DNA of 64,000 nucleotides from Myxococcales bacterium (GCA_043747615.1 JAYTOU010000093.1:41339-105338); one strand, 5' to 3'; positions 1 to 9,535 are shown, counted from the first letter of the stretch. Numbers and translations are program-made. Notes: generated from the letters alone by a model not told the origin.

Positions 1-1
1 C

Positions 2-1075
2 TCGGGCAGCCCGGTGGTCACCGCGCTCAGCGATTCGAGCGGCAACTTCAAGATCACCAATGTGCCCGCGGGCGACAACATCCCGCTCGTTCTGCAGGTC
101 GGAAAGTGGCGGCGCCAGGTGGTGATTCCGCATGTCGAGGCCTGCAAGGAAACGGCGCTCACCGATCCGAACATGACGCGCCTCCCGAAAAAGCAGAGCG
201 AAGGCCACCTTCCCCACATCGCGGTGACGACCGGCGATTTCGATGCGATGGGATGCCTGCTTCCGAAGATGGGCGTCGACAACTCCGAGTTCGGAGTGGC
301 CGCCAACGAAGCAACGAAGCGGGTGACCTTTTATCAAGGCCAAGGCCCGAGCATGCCGGGGATCACGTCCGCACAGGCCTTCTGGTCCGACGCGGCGCAG
401 CTGAAGAAATTCGATGTCGTGATGCTGTCCTGCGAAGGGGACGAGTTCTTGAACAACAAGCCCGCAGTACCCCGCGCTTCGATGGAGGACTACCTGACGA
501 GCGGCGGCCGCATCCTCGGCACGGACTTCATGTACACGTGGGAGCGCGACGCCTTCGATTCGGTCGTCGACCCATCGAAGCACACCGTCAACACCTGGTT
601 CGGCGGAGCCCCTGGGGACGGAACCGGCACGTTCGACGTCGACACGTCGTTTCCCAAAGGCCTCGCGCTCGCGCAGTGGCTCAGCAAGGTCGGCGCATCG
701 ACGACCATGGGAAAGATTGATTTCCCGGTCGCTTACAGCAACTTCGACAAGGTGAACCCGCTCGTCTCGCAGCGATGGGTCCACGCCGGAGCCAACGACA
801 AGATCTTCACGTACAACCTTCCGGTTGGGGCCGCGCCCGCCGATCAGTGCGGAAAATCCGTCTTTCTCGACGTGCACATCGCCGATCCCCACGTCCCAGG
901 AAACGACGTCGTGAACGCTGCGTTTCCGGGAAAGGACTTCGACCCCACGAAGCCGGAAACGGGCTGCCTCCCCAATCTCACCCCGCAAGAGAAGGCTTTC
1001 ATCTTCTTCCTGATGGACCTCTCCTCGTGCATCCAACCCGACAACGGGATGGTCAATCCGCCTCCAGTGAAGTGA
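2..1075 (+). CDS. Myxobacterial secreted/lipoprotein with carboxypeptidase-regulatory-like domain (5' truncated by window)
   Basis: Frame is open from the window edge. 'SDSSGNFKITNVPAGDNIPLVLQVGKWRRQV..C' and the C-terminal 'LTPQEKAFIFFLMDLSSC' resemble a Cys-containing exported family I recall from Polyangiaceae. Confidence 0.65.
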   Translation, partial: SGSPVVTALSDSSGNFKITNVPAGDNIPLVLQVGKWRRQVVIPHVEACKETALTDPNMTRLPKKQSEGHLPHIAVTTGDFDAMGCLLPKMGVDNSEFGVAANEATKRVTFYQGQGPSMPGITSAQAFWSDAAQLKKFDVVMLSCEGDEFLNNKPAVPRASMEDYLTSGGRILGTDFMYTWERDAFDSVVDPSKHTVNTWFGGAPGDGTGTFDVDTSFPKGLALAQWLSKVGASTTMGKIDFPVAYSNFDKVNPLVSQRWVHAGANDKIFTYNLPVGAAPADQCGKSVFLDVHIADPHVPGNDVVNAAFPGKDFDPTKPETGCLPNLTPQEKAFIFFLMDLSSCIQPDNGMVNPPPVK

Positions 1076-1098
1076 CGACCTGTGGCACCATCGCGGGC

Positions 1099-1638
1099 AT
1101 GAGCTTCTCTCGTCATGCCTCGGGCGTCTCTGTCTTCGTCACTGTGTGGTTGGCCGCGGTTGCGTGCGGCTCTTCCAATTCGGGCACCGGCACCCAGGGC
1201 ACACCGGCGAAGGCTGATGGCTCGTGCATCGCGCTCACCTCGCCCGGCGGATCGGTCAAGCCGCACTCCGAGCCGGGCGACGCGCCCGCTGCGATGGGAG
1301 GAGTGATCGCGGCGGGCGATTACTTACTGACCGACGTGAGCCACTACGCGGGGGCAAACCCGCTCGGCACTCAGACCATAAAGAAGCTTCATTTCTCGGC
1401 CGGTTTCGTGGAGTACGCCGACGGCAACGGGGACGCGAACACCCAGAACATCGGGCGCTCGTTCACGACCTCGGGAAAGAACATCACCTTCCACGAGGTC
1501 TGTCATACGCCAGCAAACATGCTGCAAAGCTCCAACACCTTCACGTCGCCGTACACCGCGACGGCAACCGAATACATCGAGTTCGACAACTACGTGAAGG
1601 GCGTCTTCACCTATACGCTGCAGCCGGCGACCCCCTGA
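1099..1638 (+). CDS. Hypothetical lipoprotein
   Basis: ATG at 1099 within ORF 775..1638. Signal peptide with lipobox AVAC followed by a GSS linker. Confidence 0.7.
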   Translation: MSFSRHASGVSVFVTVWLAAVACGSSNSGTGTQGTPAKADGSCIALTSPGGSVKPHSEPGDAPAAMGGVIAAGDYLLTDVSHYAGANPLGTQTIKKLHFSAGFVEYADGNGDANTQNIGRSFTTSGKNITFHEVCHTPANMLQSSNTFTSPYTATATEYIEFDNYVKGVFTYTLQPATP

Positions 1639-1718
1639 GCCGCGACAAGCCTTTCGCGCGCGGGCCATTTGCGGGGCTTCCCGACAGTCCGCGACTCGCA
1701 CACGGATACGAGGCCACC

Positions 1719-2570
1719 ATGGGGCGCGAGCTCACGATGGACTCCACGCCGTTTGGCCGCTTGCGGGTGCATTACCGCGAGCACGGAGAGGGACCGCCGC
1801 TCCTCCTGGTGCACGGGCTGATGACCACCAGCTATTCGTGGCGCTACGTGTTCGCCCATCTCGGCCGCCGTTACCGCGTGATCGCCCCTGATTTGCCTGG
1901 TTGCGGCGCTACGGGCAAACCGCTCGATCGCGTGTACTCCATCGAGGCTCTCGCGACGTGGGTCGGCGAGTTTCAACGCGCGCTCGGCATTCGAGGGACA
2001 CGCGGCGTCGGCAATTCTCTCGGCGGGCTCATCTGCATGCGGCTTGCGCTCGACGACGCGGGCGCATTTTCGCGGCTGGTGAACATCCATGCGCCTGTCT
2101 TCCCCGAGGCGCGCTACTTCGCGCTTCACGCTGCGCTCAAGGCTCCGGGCGTGAAATCCATGTTGGCGCGATTGATCCGCAGCAACGTTCATCGATGGGT
2201 GCACCGCAACGTTCACTATTACGACGAAAGCCTGAAGTCGCTCGAAGAGGCGCGCGCGTACGGCGACCCGCTCGACGCTCCCGGCGGCGCCGAAGCCTTC
2301 ATCCACTACCTGAGTGACGCGATTTCTCCGCGCTCGTTTGCGAAGATGGCCCGCACCCTCGAGGAGCGCCACAGAGCGAGAACCCCGTTCCCCGTTCCTC
2401 TCCTTCTCGTCTACGCGCGAGAAGATCCGATGGTACGTCCCGGGAACGGCGCGCGCCTCGCAAAGCTCATCGACGACGCGACGTTGGTGTGGCTGGACGA
2501 GAGCTCGCATTTCCCGCACGTGGACAGCCCGGAGCGTCTCGTGAAGGAAGTGCTGGAATTTCTGGCTTAG
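1719..2570 (+). CDS. Alpha/beta fold hydrolase
   Basis: LLLVHG oxyanion motif, PDLPGCG, nucleophile elbow GNSLG, Asp (EDPMV) and His (SHFPH). The true start may be upstream, at CTG 1635. Confidence 0.9.
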   Translation: MGRELTMDSTPFGRLRVHYREHGEGPPLLLVHGLMTTSYSWRYVFAHLGRRYRVIAPDLPGCGATGKPLDRVYSIEALATWVGEFQRALGIRGTRGVGNSLGGLICMRLALDDAGAFSRLVNIHAPVFPEARYFALHAALKAPGVKSMLARLIRSNVHRWVHRNVHYYDESLKSLEEARAYGDPLDAPGGAEAFIHYLSDAISPRSFAKMARTLEERHRARTPFPVPLLLVYAREDPMVRPGNGARLAKLIDDATLVWLDESSHFPHVDSPERLVKEVLEFLA

Positions 2571-2612
2571 GCGGCGTTCGCGACTCTGTCGCGTTAGGTC
2601 ACGCGACCTTCG

Positions 2613-3326
2613 TCACGGGTTGCCGGCGACGGCTCCGTTCATCTTTTTCTCGTGACCAGCGTCGACGATGTCGATGCGGTAAACGAGCTTGCCGTCGTTC
2701 GTCTTGAGCTCGCCCCCCACGTCACCCCAGGCGAACGCCTTGCTGGCGATGGTGCTGAGCACGCCCTTCTTGCGGCCGACGATGACGCTGTAGCGCGTCT
2801 GCACGCAGTCGAAGGTCTTGCTGCCGATCGCGATCTTCATCCTTTCGGTGCCGAGAATTTCCTCGTTCTGGTCGGCAGCGAAGACGGTCTCCGACATGAG
2901 CGCTTCGTATGCCGCCATCGTGGAGGGCTTCTCGCCGCCCGAGGCCTCTACCCGGACGACGGAGAGCACGTCTGTCTTCGCGTTCGGTGTCGTGTCGAAG
3001 CGGACGCGCAGCGTTCCGTCATTCTTCCCGCCATTCAACGTGAGCTCGACGAGGAGGATCGGCCCTGCCGCTTCGAGTACTTTTTCCGTGAGGGTCACCG
3101 GTCCCTTGTGGAACGCTCCTGAAAATCGGTAGACGACGAAGTCACCGGCGACGCGTGTGGGCGTCTTGTCGAGCGCAGTGTCATCTGCATGCGCTGCCGA
3201 CGACGCGAGCGACGAAGCGTGGGCGGACGTCAACTGGAGGCTTGTTGCCGGCTGCGGAGAGACGGCGTGCGAACAGCCCGCGATGATGGTGAGGAGGGCG
3301 GCCATCGAAAGGAGGTCTCGGTTCAT
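2613..3326 (-). CDS. Hypothetical lipoprotein
   Basis: 237 aa ORF with lipobox IAGC and a beta-rich mature part. Confidence 0.7.
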   Translation of the reverse strand: MNRDLLSMAALLTIIAGCSHAVSPQPATSLQLTSAHASSLASSAAHADDTALDKTPTRVAGDFVVYRFSGAFHKGPVTLTEKVLEAAGPILLVELTLNGGKNDGTLRVRFDTTPNAKTDVLSVVRVEASGGEKPSTMAAYEALMSETVFAADQNEEILGTERMKIAIGSKTFDCVQTRYSVIVGRKKGVLSTIASKAFAWGDVGGELKTNDGKLVYRIDIVDAGHEKKMNGAVAGNP

Positions 3327-3520
3327 GTCTGTCGCTAACGCGTGCCACCGATCCGGGCCAAATTTTCTCCCTCTCTTCGTACGTTGATTCCTGATCCGCT
3401 GTCGATCTCACCGGAGGCGACGATCAAAGTGGCCGCAGCACTTTTGTGGAGCACGGTCTGCGGCAACGAGGAGAGCGCTGCGCACTTGGACGGGTCCGGC
3501 TCCGGTGTGCACCGAGCTCT

Positions 3521-4300
3521 CTACGTAGATCGGCTCGCATCCATGCGCGCGAACTCGTCTTCGAGGGTGCGCTCGGCGTGCTCGAATCGCGCGGCGCCCG
3601 TGACCCTGCGGTACGCGATGCCGAGTGCCGCGATCATCCCGACGAAGATCACGCCAGCGCCGATCGCGCCGGTGCGGGTGCGCATCGCTTCCGTGGAGAG
3701 CGTTCCATCGATGCCTGAAGCGAGGTCAGCCGTCGCGCGAACGTAGAGCGGGGTGTCGCCGGCTCGCGTCTTGCGATAGCCGAGGGCGGTGTCGCCTTCG
3801 GCGCGCTCGTGTTTGCCGAGGCCTGCAGACGCGTAGTAGCCGACGCGGCGCTCGAGGGTGCTCTCGGCCGCGGGCTCGAAGTGAAGTCCGCCGGGGCCGC
3901 TGGTATCGATGATCTGGACGGCGTCTCCGTCGGCGATGGGCGCGGTGAGGCGCACGCGATCTTTGTTTTTTTTCAGTGCTTCGTGGATGACCACGGCGAT
4001 CGACGTCGGCGACCCATGGATCACCGCGAACCCTACGATTTGGCCGTGTTCCTCGATCGGCGTGATCGCGTCGTTCGTCTCGAGGCGACTTCCGATTGGG
4101 AGCGGTGACGCCAGTCGAACGATGGATTGATCGTCGCCAAGGGTGAACTGACTGCACCAAACAATGGTCTCGCCCTCGATGGTGCCGCGGTGAATCGCGC
4201 CGCGTACCGGCCCACCCGCAACGGCGACGGGTGAAACGAGAGTGACGAGGAGGAGCGCGAACGCGGCGAAGAGCTTGCGCAGCGAGCAGGTAGTTTTCAT
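3521..4300 (-). CDS. Hypothetical exported protein with C-terminal membrane anchor
   Basis: ATG 4300 overlaps the upstream stop (ATGA). Signal peptide ends AVA; C-terminal TM helix (GAIGAGVIFVGMIAALGIAY) followed by a short tail. Confidence 0.75.
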   Translation of the reverse strand: MKTTCSLRKLFAAFALLLVTLVSPVAVAGGPVRGAIHRGTIEGETIVWCSQFTLGDDQSIVRLASPLPIGSRLETNDAITPIEEHGQIVGFAVIHGSPTSIAVVIHEALKKNKDRVRLTAPIADGDAVQIIDTSGPGGLHFEPAAESTLERRVGYYASAGLGKHERAEGDTALGYRKTRAGDTPLYVRATADLASGIDGTLSTEAMRTRTGAIGAGVIFVGMIAALGIAYRRVTGAARFEHAERTLEDEFARMDASRST

Positions 4301-4920
4301 CGCCCGATGCTCCCGATGGCGTCGATGCCGTGACCGAAAATCGTTCGCTCCGGAAGTATCGGGGAGGCGAGCGCGCAGAGCTGCAGGAGCGTCGCGAGCT
4401 GGATCCCCATGAGCACCGAAACGGGGAGAATCACGGGGAAACGACGGATCCCCTGGGGAACCTGACGGACGACCGCGCGCACGAAAATCGCAGTGCCGGC
4501 CGCGAGCGCGACGAGCGCGGAGCCTTGCCCGAGGAGAGGTCCGACCCAATCGCTCGAGTGGTAGTAGAGCGCGACGAGCGGAGACAGGACGGCGAGAACG
4601 AGCGTGCCGCCGAAGATGCCGCTCGCGAAAGACACCAGAAGATCGCTCCCCCGACACTCCGCTCCGGAGAGCTTCCACGTGAGTAGTCCGGCAGGCACTG
4701 CGCTCAGCACAGAGAGGAGGACGATCATCGGCACCTTGTAGACGTTGGCCAGCGCCAGCGGCAGCGAGCGACTGCCCGCAGCGAGGCCCCACAGTGCGGC
4801 GAACACCAACGACGCGAGAAGCGAGGCAATGACGATCTGCAGCCGACGCGCGCGACCGCTATCTGCCTCCGAGAGTTTCTTGCCGCTGGTCAGATCGACG
4901 AGGGTGGAAAATGGGCTCAT
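4297..4920 (-). CDS. Hypothetical multi-pass membrane protein
   Basis: GGAGG RBS 7 nt before ATG 4920; about 5 hydrophobic helices. Confidence 0.8.
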   Translation of the reverse strand: MSPFSTLVDLTSGKKLSEADSGRARRLQIVIASLLASLVFAALWGLAAGSRSLPLALANVYKVPMIVLLSVLSAVPAGLLTWKLSGAECRGSDLLVSFASGIFGGTLVLAVLSPLVALYYHSSDWVGPLLGQGSALVALAAGTAIFVRAVVRQVPQGIRRFPVILPVSVLMGIQLATLLQLCALASPILPERTIFGHGIDAIGSIGR

Positions 4921-4991
4921 GAAGAATCCTCCGTGGTGGTTGGTCACGGATGGAAGATGGACCTCTCAGTTGGACGGCGTCGCGCACCCAA

Positions 4992-5007
4992 GTGAAAACG
5001 AAGTGAA
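4992..5007 (-). promoter_or_regulatory. TTCAC-N6-TTCAC direct repeat (cre/blr-tag-like OmpR-family site)
   Basis: AAGTGAAA occurs at 4990-4997 and 5001-5008 (11-bp period) in the intergenic region upstream of the 4920 gene. Confidence 0.55.
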
Positions 5008-5018
5008 ACGTCGCTGAG

Positions 5019-6299
5019 CTATTTCTTCGCGACCGTGCCGAGCGAGGGTCGCGTCACGCGCTCCACCTTTTGCTGGGCAAAATAGGCTCGGAGCATGTCG
5101 CGTGCGACGACGTTTGCCTTCGTTTTCCACGTGGGATGGTTGACCACGAGCACCGCAACGGTGACCGGGCGAACGCCAGGCATGGTGCGACTCGGGGCAA
5201 ATCCGGTGAACCACGTGTAGAGATGGTCGCCGTCGGATAGTGTCCCCGTCTTGCCGGCGACGGTCACGCCCGGCAGAAACGACGCCCCTGCGGGATCATG
5301 GAACGCGCGGTAGGACGTCCCTTCGCTCACGGTGTGCTCCATCATGGTGGTCACGGCCTGCGCCGTCTCCTTGGCCACGACGCGGCGAAGGGGTGAGGCG
5401 GGCGGAGCGCTGTAGATGAGCGCGCCTCCGGGCTCGTGCACGTCGCGGACGATCGTGAGACGGACCGATTCGCCGCCGCGCGCGAGCGTGGTGCTGATGG
5501 ACGCAGCCTGCAGCGGAGAGAGTGTCGAGTTCCAGAAGCCCGCAGCCGTTCTTGCGTATCCCAGCGGATCGCTCGGCAGCTTGAGCGTGCTGGTCTGCAC
5601 CGGAACGTCGAATGGGACGGGCTCTCCGAAGCCGTAGGCCTCGGCCATGTCCTCGAGCGACTTCGGCTTCAAGTGTTGCTGCGCGAGGCGACCAAAGACG
5701 GTGTTGACGCTCCGCCCCATCGCGCCGGCGAGCGTCACGCACCAGCGATCGCGCTGCGGATTTTCTTCGAGATCGATCTGCGAAATTTCATGCTCGCCTC
5801 CCGAGTAGCATTCGCGGGTGTCGGGCGTGAGGCCCGCGTCCTGCACGAGCGCCGAGCCGGTGATGATCTTGAAGACGCTCGCCGCCGGAGCCACCGCTTC
5901 TGCGCAACCGTCGCGCAGAGGGCCAGACTCTGCACGGCTCGCATACACGAGAACATTTCCGGTCGCCGGATCCGTCATGACGATGGAGGCTTGCGGGAGC
6001 TGGTGGGAGCGCATGATGGCAGCGGCGGTGCGCTGAAGCTCAGGGTCGAGCGTCAGGCGCGCCACCCGATGCCCGGACGCCGGAGCGCTCGCACCTTCGT
6101 CGTCGAGCGCGATGTGCGTCAAGTCGAGCCCGGTTAGCGGCGGAATGGCCGGAGGGAGCGGCGGCATCTCCTCGGCGGAGCTCGCTATCTTCGCGAGCGG
6201 CGTCTCCGGAACCGGCCGCGGCGGCGTGAGCCCGCTGAGCCACGGAATGCTTCCTACCGCGACAGCAAGCGCCGCCACACCGATCAACCACGGTCGCAT
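5019..6299 (-). CDS. Penicillin-binding protein, transpeptidase domain
   Basis: SxxK (SVFK), SxN (SVN) and KTG (KTGT) motifs in order, with an N-terminal membrane anchor. No transglycosylase domain evident. Confidence 0.9.
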   Translation of the reverse strand: MRPWLIGVAALAVAVGSIPWLSGLTPPRPVPETPLAKIASSAEEMPPLPPAIPPLTGLDLTHIALDDEGASAPASGHRVARLTLDPELQRTAAAIMRSHQLPQASIVMTDPATGNVLVYASRAESGPLRDGCAEAVAPAASVFKIITGSALVQDAGLTPDTRECYSGGEHEISQIDLEENPQRDRWCVTLAGAMGRSVNTVFGRLAQQHLKPKSLEDMAEAYGFGEPVPFDVPVQTSTLKLPSDPLGYARTAAGFWNSTLSPLQAASISTTLARGGESVRLTIVRDVHEPGGALIYSAPPASPLRRVVAKETAQAVTTMMEHTVSEGTSYRAFHDPAGASFLPGVTVAGKTGTLSDGDHLYTWFTGFAPSRTMPGVRPVTVAVLVVNHPTWKTKANVVARDMLRAYFAQQKVERVTRPSLGTVAKK

Positions 6300-6375
6300 T
6301 CCCCATCGTGTGACATACGCTCCGTCTACCGGGCAAACAAACGGCGGACATGCGCTCCCCTGGTATCGTGTGGCC

Positions 6376-8775
6376 ATGCCTTGGAAACTACGGAGGCTCG
6401 CTGCCGCTTCCCTCACCTACGCGATCGCCTTCGTTGCTCCGGCGCGCGCATCGACCGAAGCCGTCTCGCCGCCCGCCGGAGGGCTCGGGGCCATCGCGGT
6501 CACCGTGGATCTCACGGCCGGGGTCGTTCGCTACAACGGTGCATCGCTTCCGATCGCCCTCGATCGAAAGCTCTTTCCCGAGGCGCGCGAGGTGAACGTC
6601 ACCGTCGTTATGATCGGCGACAAGCATGTCGTTCACGTGCGCATTCCGGCAAAGACCGACGCGGTCGACAAAATCGCGTTCGAGGCGGTGATCGCCGCGA
6701 GCGGTGTCCTCTTCTCCGGGCTCACGGGTCTCGTCGAGGGGCAGCCCGGCGATCGCACCGGAGTCGCCGTCCAGATCGAGGGCACGCTGCTCGTGGGCGA
6801 CGTGCGTGAGGACCTCCGTATCTGCGGGCAAGACACGACGCTCCTTTCGCCTCGCGGGCTCGATCCGAAGACCATGACCTTCGTCGGCGCAGGCTTTCAG
6901 CGCCTTCCGTCATCGCAGCGCGCGGGGGCACAGCTTATCGTCGCAAGCGCAAACGCGTCACCGACGGATCCCCCCCTCGCGCAGCTGCTCGTCGTCGCTG
7001 GCGCGAGCACGGCCATCGGGAGTCCCGCGTCGCTCGTGGATGGAGACCCGAAGACCGCGTGGGCCGAAGGGCGGCCGAGCGCAGGAGCAGGGGAATTCGT
7101 GCTCTTTCGTGGTCCGGGCGAGGTACCCCTGACGCGCGTGACGCTCACGATCGCCGCGACGCCGACGAGCGCAACGGGCGCCGCGCCCAAGAAGTTTTTC
7201 ATCGTCACCGACGCGCGCACGTATGCGGTCACGATGCCTCAGGATGCGTGGCTCTATCCGGGCTCCTCGTACGACGTCGTTTTTCCCGAACCAGTGCGCG
7301 GCTCGTGTATGGCCATCGTGCTCGACGAAGCCTACGCGCGCGGACAGGCACACCCCGAGGTCACGATCGCAGAGGTGACGGCCTACAGCGAATTCGATGC
7401 ACCCGGCGCAACGCTCGACACCGTCGCCAAGGCCCTCTCCGGCGGCGGCGCGCGCGCGGACGCGGCGGCGGGTGTGCTCAAACGAGCCAAAAACGGGCTC
7501 GATCCCGTGCTTCACGTGTGGAGCTCCCTCGATGCATCGGGGCGCGCTCTCGCGACGGATGTGGCCTTGACTGCGCCGTGCGAGACGAGCGCGCCGCTCC
7601 TCATTCGCGCGATGGGCGACGCGGATCGTGAGGTCGCGCGCAAGGGTCGCGGGAAGCTCGAGCGGTGTGGGAGGGCGGCGGGGCCTGCACTGGTCGATGC
7701 GCTCAAGGAGCCGGACTTCCCGCGCCGGATTCTGGTCGCGCCGCTCCTGGCGACGGTGGCTCCCAGCTTGGCGCTCGCGCCACTCGCCGACGCGCTCGGT
7801 CAGGGTCCGCCGAAGGTACAGGCGGAGGTTCGGGGGGCACTCGCGCGCGTCGCGCGTACCGCAGATGCGGCGAAGCTCGCGGCGTTGGTGGCGGACACTC
7901 GTCGCGATGATCCGGTGCGCATCGATCTCTTGCGGGCATGCGGTGCGCGGCTTGGAGAGATTCGTCCGCAAGCCGATGCTGCGATCGCCGATCTCCTTCG
8001 AAATCCGGCCTCGATGCGCACGCGGTACCTTCTTCTTGGGCCGCTTGCGGAGCTCGCGCATACGGGCGACACCGACGCCGCTTCGCGCTTCTCCGCTCTT
8101 CTGACCAGAGACCCGGAGCCCGCCGTGCGCGCGCACGCAGCCGAGCTGGCATCGAAGACCGCGCTGCCTGCGGTGCAAGCCGAGCTCGTCGCGCGTCTCG
8201 ACGATCCGGAGCCTCGCGTGCGTGAAGCGGCGCTGCAATCGATCTCGCAACAGCACCTCGCGATCGCGGCGCCGAAAGTGGAAGCAGTGATGAAGCGCGA
8301 TGCGTGGACGTTCGTGCGCGCAGGATCAGCAAGCGCTCTCGCATCGATGCCGCCCAACTCGGAGATCGATGGCGCGCTTGGCTCGTCATTGAAGCAAGAC
8401 ACGTCCCCTCGGGTGCGCACGGCCGCGATCGACGCGCTCGCCGCGCGTCACGCGGTGTCCTTTGTTGGCCCGGTGCGGGAGCGGCTTGCCGACGTACACG
8501 AGAGGGCCGACGTGAGGACTGCAGCAGCCCACGCCCTCGGCGAAATGTGCGATCGAGGCTCACTCGATTCCCTGGAAGCCCTCGCGGCAAAAGCGGCCTC
8601 ACCCGTGGCGAGCGAATCGGAGACCGCCCTCGGCCTTGCCGCGATCGAGGCACTTGGTCACCTTCATCCCGCCGATCTCGATCGACGCTTCCGAACGCTG
8701 AGCGCGAGCGACGTACCGGCGGAAGCGCGGCGCGCGGTCGATCACGCGCTCAAAGCGCAGGCTGTCTGCCGCTGA
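6376..8775 (+). CDS. Exported discoidin-like + HEAT-repeat protein
   Basis: Signal peptide (ARA); 'LVDGDPKTAWAEG..GAGE' discoidin-like motif; repeated HEAT signatures (DPEPAVRAHAA, DPEPRVREAALQ, DTSPRVRTAAID). Confidence 0.8.
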   Translation: MPWKLRRLAAASLTYAIAFVAPARASTEAVSPPAGGLGAIAVTVDLTAGVVRYNGASLPIALDRKLFPEAREVNVTVVMIGDKHVVHVRIPAKTDAVDKIAFEAVIAASGVLFSGLTGLVEGQPGDRTGVAVQIEGTLLVGDVREDLRICGQDTTLLSPRGLDPKTMTFVGAGFQRLPSSQRAGAQLIVASANASPTDPPLAQLLVVAGASTAIGSPASLVDGDPKTAWAEGRPSAGAGEFVLFRGPGEVPLTRVTLTIAATPTSATGAAPKKFFIVTDARTYAVTMPQDAWLYPGSSYDVVFPEPVRGSCMAIVLDEAYARGQAHPEVTIAEVTAYSEFDAPGATLDTVAKALSGGGARADAAAGVLKRAKNGLDPVLHVWSSLDASGRALATDVALTAPCETSAPLLIRAMGDADREVARKGRGKLERCGRAAGPALVDALKEPDFPRRILVAPLLATVAPSLALAPLADALGQGPPKVQAEVRGALARVARTADAAKLAALVADTRRDDPVRIDLLRACGARLGEIRPQADAAIADLLRNPASMRTRYLLLGPLAELAHTGDTDAASRFSALLTRDPEPAVRAHAAELASKTALPAVQAELVARLDDPEPRVREAALQSISQQHLAIAAPKVEAVMKRDAWTFVRAGSASALASMPPNSEIDGALGSSLKQDTSPRVRTAAIDALAARHAVSFVGPVRERLADVHERADVRTAAAHALGEMCDRGSLDSLEALAAKAASPVASESETALGLAAIEALGHLHPADLDRRFRTLSASDVPAEARRAVDHALKAQAVCR

Positions 8776-8812
8776 AACTCTGGCGCCATTCGCGCCGCGA
8801 ACTTCGGATCGA

Positions 8813-9535
8813 CTATCCGCGCCCGGTGGGTGCGTTGGTGCCGCCGGCCATCTGGCCCTTGCTCTTCTTCAGCGTGAAGAAGGCGATGACCAGCCCCATC
8901 AGCAAGAAGACGAGCGCGATCCACCTGCCGAATTTTTGCTTGCCGAAGTCTTCGAGGCTTCCGCCTGCCCCGTTCTGCTTGGCCGCCCACGCTGCTTCGT
9001 CGGACGTAAGGACGCGGCCACCTCCGTAGGCTGATCCGCCGCCGCCGCCGCCGCCTCCGCCGCCACCACCTTTGTTTACGACCGCGCCCGCACCCTGGGT
9101 GCTCGTGGCAACCTGAGCTTTCTCACCAACCGCGGATCGGCCTCCGCCTCCGCCGCCCCTGCCGCCTCCTCCGCCGCCAGACGCACCCATGTTGCCGACC
9201 GCGGTGCCTCCGCCCGATGCTCCAGGGCCCGACGTGGGTCCCGTATTTCCGCCGCTCCCAGCGCCGCCTCTGTCTCCAGCGGGTCCGCCGCTGCCGGAAG
9301 TTCCGCCGGCACCGGGGGTACCCGCGCCAACGGAGCCTCCCACGGTGTTGCCGCTACCACCCGTGCCGCCGCCGACCGCGGTGCCGCCGAGCACGACCGT
9401 GGCCTTGTCGCTGGTTTTGGAAACCTGCATTCCGATCAAACGAAAAGCGCCGACCACGATTAAAAGCACCGCGACGAGCACCACACAGTACTCGGCTGCC
9501 GTGGCCCCACGTCGGTCGCGAAGAAACCGCCTCAC
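8813..9535 (-). CDS. Flp-type (type IVb/c) prepilin fused to Gly-rich linker and C-terminal TM helix
   Basis: GTG start; 'RRFLRDRRG|ATAAEY' prepilin cleavage site with E+5/Y+6 and a hydrophobic helix; long G/S/T/A linker; C-terminal TM WIALVFLLMGLVIAFFTL. Confidence 0.75.
   Translation of the reverse strand: MRRFLRDRRGATAAEYCVVLVAVLLIVVGAFRLIGMQVSKTSDKATVVLGGTAVGGGTGGSGNTVGGSVGAGTPGAGGTSGSGGPAGDRGGAGSGGNTGPTSGPGASGGGTAVGNMGASGGGGGGRGGGGGGRSAVGEKAQVATSTQGAGAVVNKGGGGGGGGGGGGSAYGGGRVLTSDEAAWAAKQNGAGGSLEDFGKQKFGRWIALVFLLMGLVIAFFTLKKSKGQMAGGTNAPTGRG

Noticed and set aside
3334..3347. Sigma54-like TGGCACGCGTTAGC on the minus strand
   Set aside because: GG-to-GC spacing is 9 rather than the required 10 nt, and it lies too close to the ATG.
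9035..9180. (CCG)n-like tandem repeats
   Set aside because: These encode poly-Gly in the pilin fusion; they are not a CRISPR array or an independent repeat element.
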